Source: a virus (Duplodnaviria; Caudoviricetes). From it: a DNA stretch of 25,269 nt. Location of the stretch: IMG/VR virus record IMGVR_UViG_3300017707_001156, positions 1-25,269 of that record; one strand, written 5' to 3'. Below are positions 23,780-25,269 of the stretch, in pieces (the first letter of the stretch is position 1; every line of letters begins with the position of its first letter). The notes below the pieces were generated by a model. It saw only the letters and a list, made by a program, of their open reading frames with translations, ran no database searches and had not been told where the DNA came from. Made by a program: the position numbers and the translations under genes.

Positions 23780-23998
23780 ATGAATACACCACTTAACACA
23801 CATGAGGAAGAAGCTCTGCATGAAGTTCTTTCCGACATTACCGACAGTTCTAGCGAGCGTGAGCAAAACCTTGCCATTGATCGCTATTTGAAGCTAAACA
23901 TGGCTATCGCCATGCGCAACAACACACTTTCTGGCGAAATGTTCAACGCAGTGGTTGACGCCATTAAACCAAAACAAAAAACACATGAAACACGATAA
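23780..23998 (+). CDS. Hypothetical protein
   Basis: 72 aa; overlaps the erf start. Confidence 0.7.
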   Translation: MNTPLNTHEEEALHEVLSDITDSSSEREQNLAIDRYLKLNMAIAMRNNTLSGEMFNAVVDAIKPKQKTHETR

Positions 23999-24563
23999 TC
24001 TAAACGAAATCGCGCCCGCTTTGGTAGCTGCACAAGCTGCTATCACCTACGCAGCCAAGGATAGCACGAACCCGCACTTTAAGAATCGTTACGCCGACCT
24101 GCAAAGCGTCATCGAAGCTGTTAAAGGGCCGTTAAACGCTAACGGTATCGCCTTTATCCAAACTCCTAGCGAGGCACAGGCTGGCTTTCTTAACTTGACT
24201 ACCACTCTCATTCACAAGAGCGGTCAATTTATCAGCGATACAGCCACCATTCCTTTGCCGAAAAACGATCCGCAAGGTTATGGTTCTGCCCTTACCTACG
24301 GTCGTCGTTATGGACTCGCAGCCATTTGCGGGCTTTTCCAAGCTGATGACGACGGTGAAGCATCAGCACTACACTCACAGCCTGTTGTCGCATTGGCCAA
24401 CAAAGCCGACATTGAGACAATCAACACCTTTGCAACTGGTGCCGACACTGGGCCAGTAGTTGCAAAAGCATTTACCCATTACAAGGTAAAGACTGCTAAG
24501 GAGCTAACCGCTGAACAGGCGGCAGTTATCATCAAGCGTTGCATTGAGACCGTTCAGAAATAA
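23985..24563 (+). CDS. erf: ERF-family single-strand annealing protein
   Basis: KDSTNPHFKNRYADL and PQGYGSALTYGRRYGLAAICGL..DDDG motifs. Confidence 0.92.
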   Translation: MKHDNLNEIAPALVAAQAAITYAAKDSTNPHFKNRYADLQSVIEAVKGPLNANGIAFIQTPSEAQAGFLNLTTTLIHKSGQFISDTATIPLPKNDPQGYGSALTYGRRYGLAAICGLFQADDDGEASALHSQPVVALANKADIETINTFATGADTGPVVAKAFTHYKVKTAKELTAEQAAVIIKRCIETVQK

Positions 24564-24578
24564 AAAACAAATAACTTT

Positions 24579-24938
24579 ATGTCCAATAAAAATATCAGTC
24601 TTAGTATCGACCTAAACGCACTTAATGAGTTCATTGCAGAACATTCTGCAAAATGTGTTAAAGTAGGTAAAAACGGGAAGAAATACTTTAACATCAAGCT
24701 AAAAGCTAATGAGGTTCCCGATAATTATGGTAATGATTTTTCAGCAAAACCGCAAGGCACTAAGGAGTTAACTGCTGCTGGAATAAAAGGAAAGCTATTG
24801 CCTTTCATTGGAAACGCTAAGTTTGAGGAGCCTTACGATCCAACTAAGTATAGCGCACCTGCTGCACAGACGCCAATTCGTAACGCAGCACCTAAATCCG
24901 CTCCAAAGGTAGAGCTTGACGAAGAAGTGCCGTTTTAA
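24579..24938 (+). CDS. Putative single-stranded DNA-binding protein
   Basis: GKNGKKYFNI and FIGNAK strands, Pro/Ala linker, acidic C-terminal tip DEEVPF; follows erf. Confidence 0.75.
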   Translation: MSNKNISLSIDLNALNEFIAEHSAKCVKVGKNGKKYFNIKLKANEVPDNYGNDFSAKPQGTKELTAAGIKGKLLPFIGNAKFEEPYDPTKYSAPAAQTPIRNAAPKSAPKVELDEEVPF

Positions 24939-25147
24939 TAGATAAACACTAGCCCTAGGTGTTAAAATTAGGGCACCGTTCTTTTAACTAAACAAACTCC
25001 GTTCCTTGCAAGACGAGACTTCGGAATATATCGCCCGTTTGAGAGCAAGAAAGCTGGATCAAGTTTTGGCCTGCTAACACACGCAGAAGCGTCTGTGGCC
25101 GAAAGCGGAATATAGTGCCCGTCCTACCGATGACTGGGCTTCAATTT

Positions 25148-25250
25148 GGAGTGTCGGCCTTCGCGATGGTTCTAAGGGATCGCAACCCTAGCGTTAGACG
25201 CACGGAATATTAGAGCGTCACGGCAGGTGAGAATCCTGCACACTCCGCCA
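25148..25250 (+). ncRNA. tRNA-like RNA (103 nt) with encoded CCA and non-canonical anticodon arm
   Basis: Acceptor GGAGTGT/ACACTCC, discriminator G, CCA; T arm GCAGG-TGAGAAT-CCTGC; D-like arm CCTT/AAGG with GG in the loop; long variable arm GACGC/GCGTC. Confidence 0.7.
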
Positions 25251-25269
25251 ATTTACCACCATCATCTAA

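Noticed and set aside
24980-25140. Hammerhead, twister or HDV-like (theta) ribozyme
   Set aside because: Only isolated fragments (GAAA, GCTAAC, CCGATGA) are present; the required core order and pseudoknots could not be assembled by eye.
25163-25183. Amber suppressor reading (TT-CTA-AG) of the tRNA-like RNA
   Set aside because: Would need two G-G mismatches and leaves no D arm; genes such as dnaB end normally at TAG and no in-frame TAG interruptions are evident.

Overview
A 25 kb segment of a tailed dsDNA bacteriophage, probably podovirus-like, with no host genes visible. The left arm (minus strand, 12304 to 1) is a morphogenesis operon: TerS, TerL, an inserted DNA methyltransferase, portal, scaffold, SU10-type major capsid, decoration, adaptor and a mosaic tail or adhesin protein. 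A non-coding interval (about 12305-13250) holds a GGA-rich structured RNA candidate and tandem CCTATC repeats that may mark the genome terminus or packaging site. Small early genes follow on the plus strand (13259-16285). Next comes a minus-strand replication operon (initiator-like gene with internal iteron-like repeats, ThyX, SWIM protein, DnaB) and a plus-strand recombination operon (HTH, PD-(D/E)XK nuclease, PAPS-reductase-like protein, ERF, SSB) ending in a tRNA-like RNA. The most notable observation is a textbook integron attC site (18505-18593) in the replication operon. It bounds a 511 bp single-ORF gene cassette whose ORF is inverted relative to attC and therefore co-oriented with the phage operon; no integrase is present in the window. 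Two other genes are flanked by direct repeats anchored on start codons, suggesting a second precise gene-insertion route. All protein calls come from motif recognition and synteny only; no searches were run.
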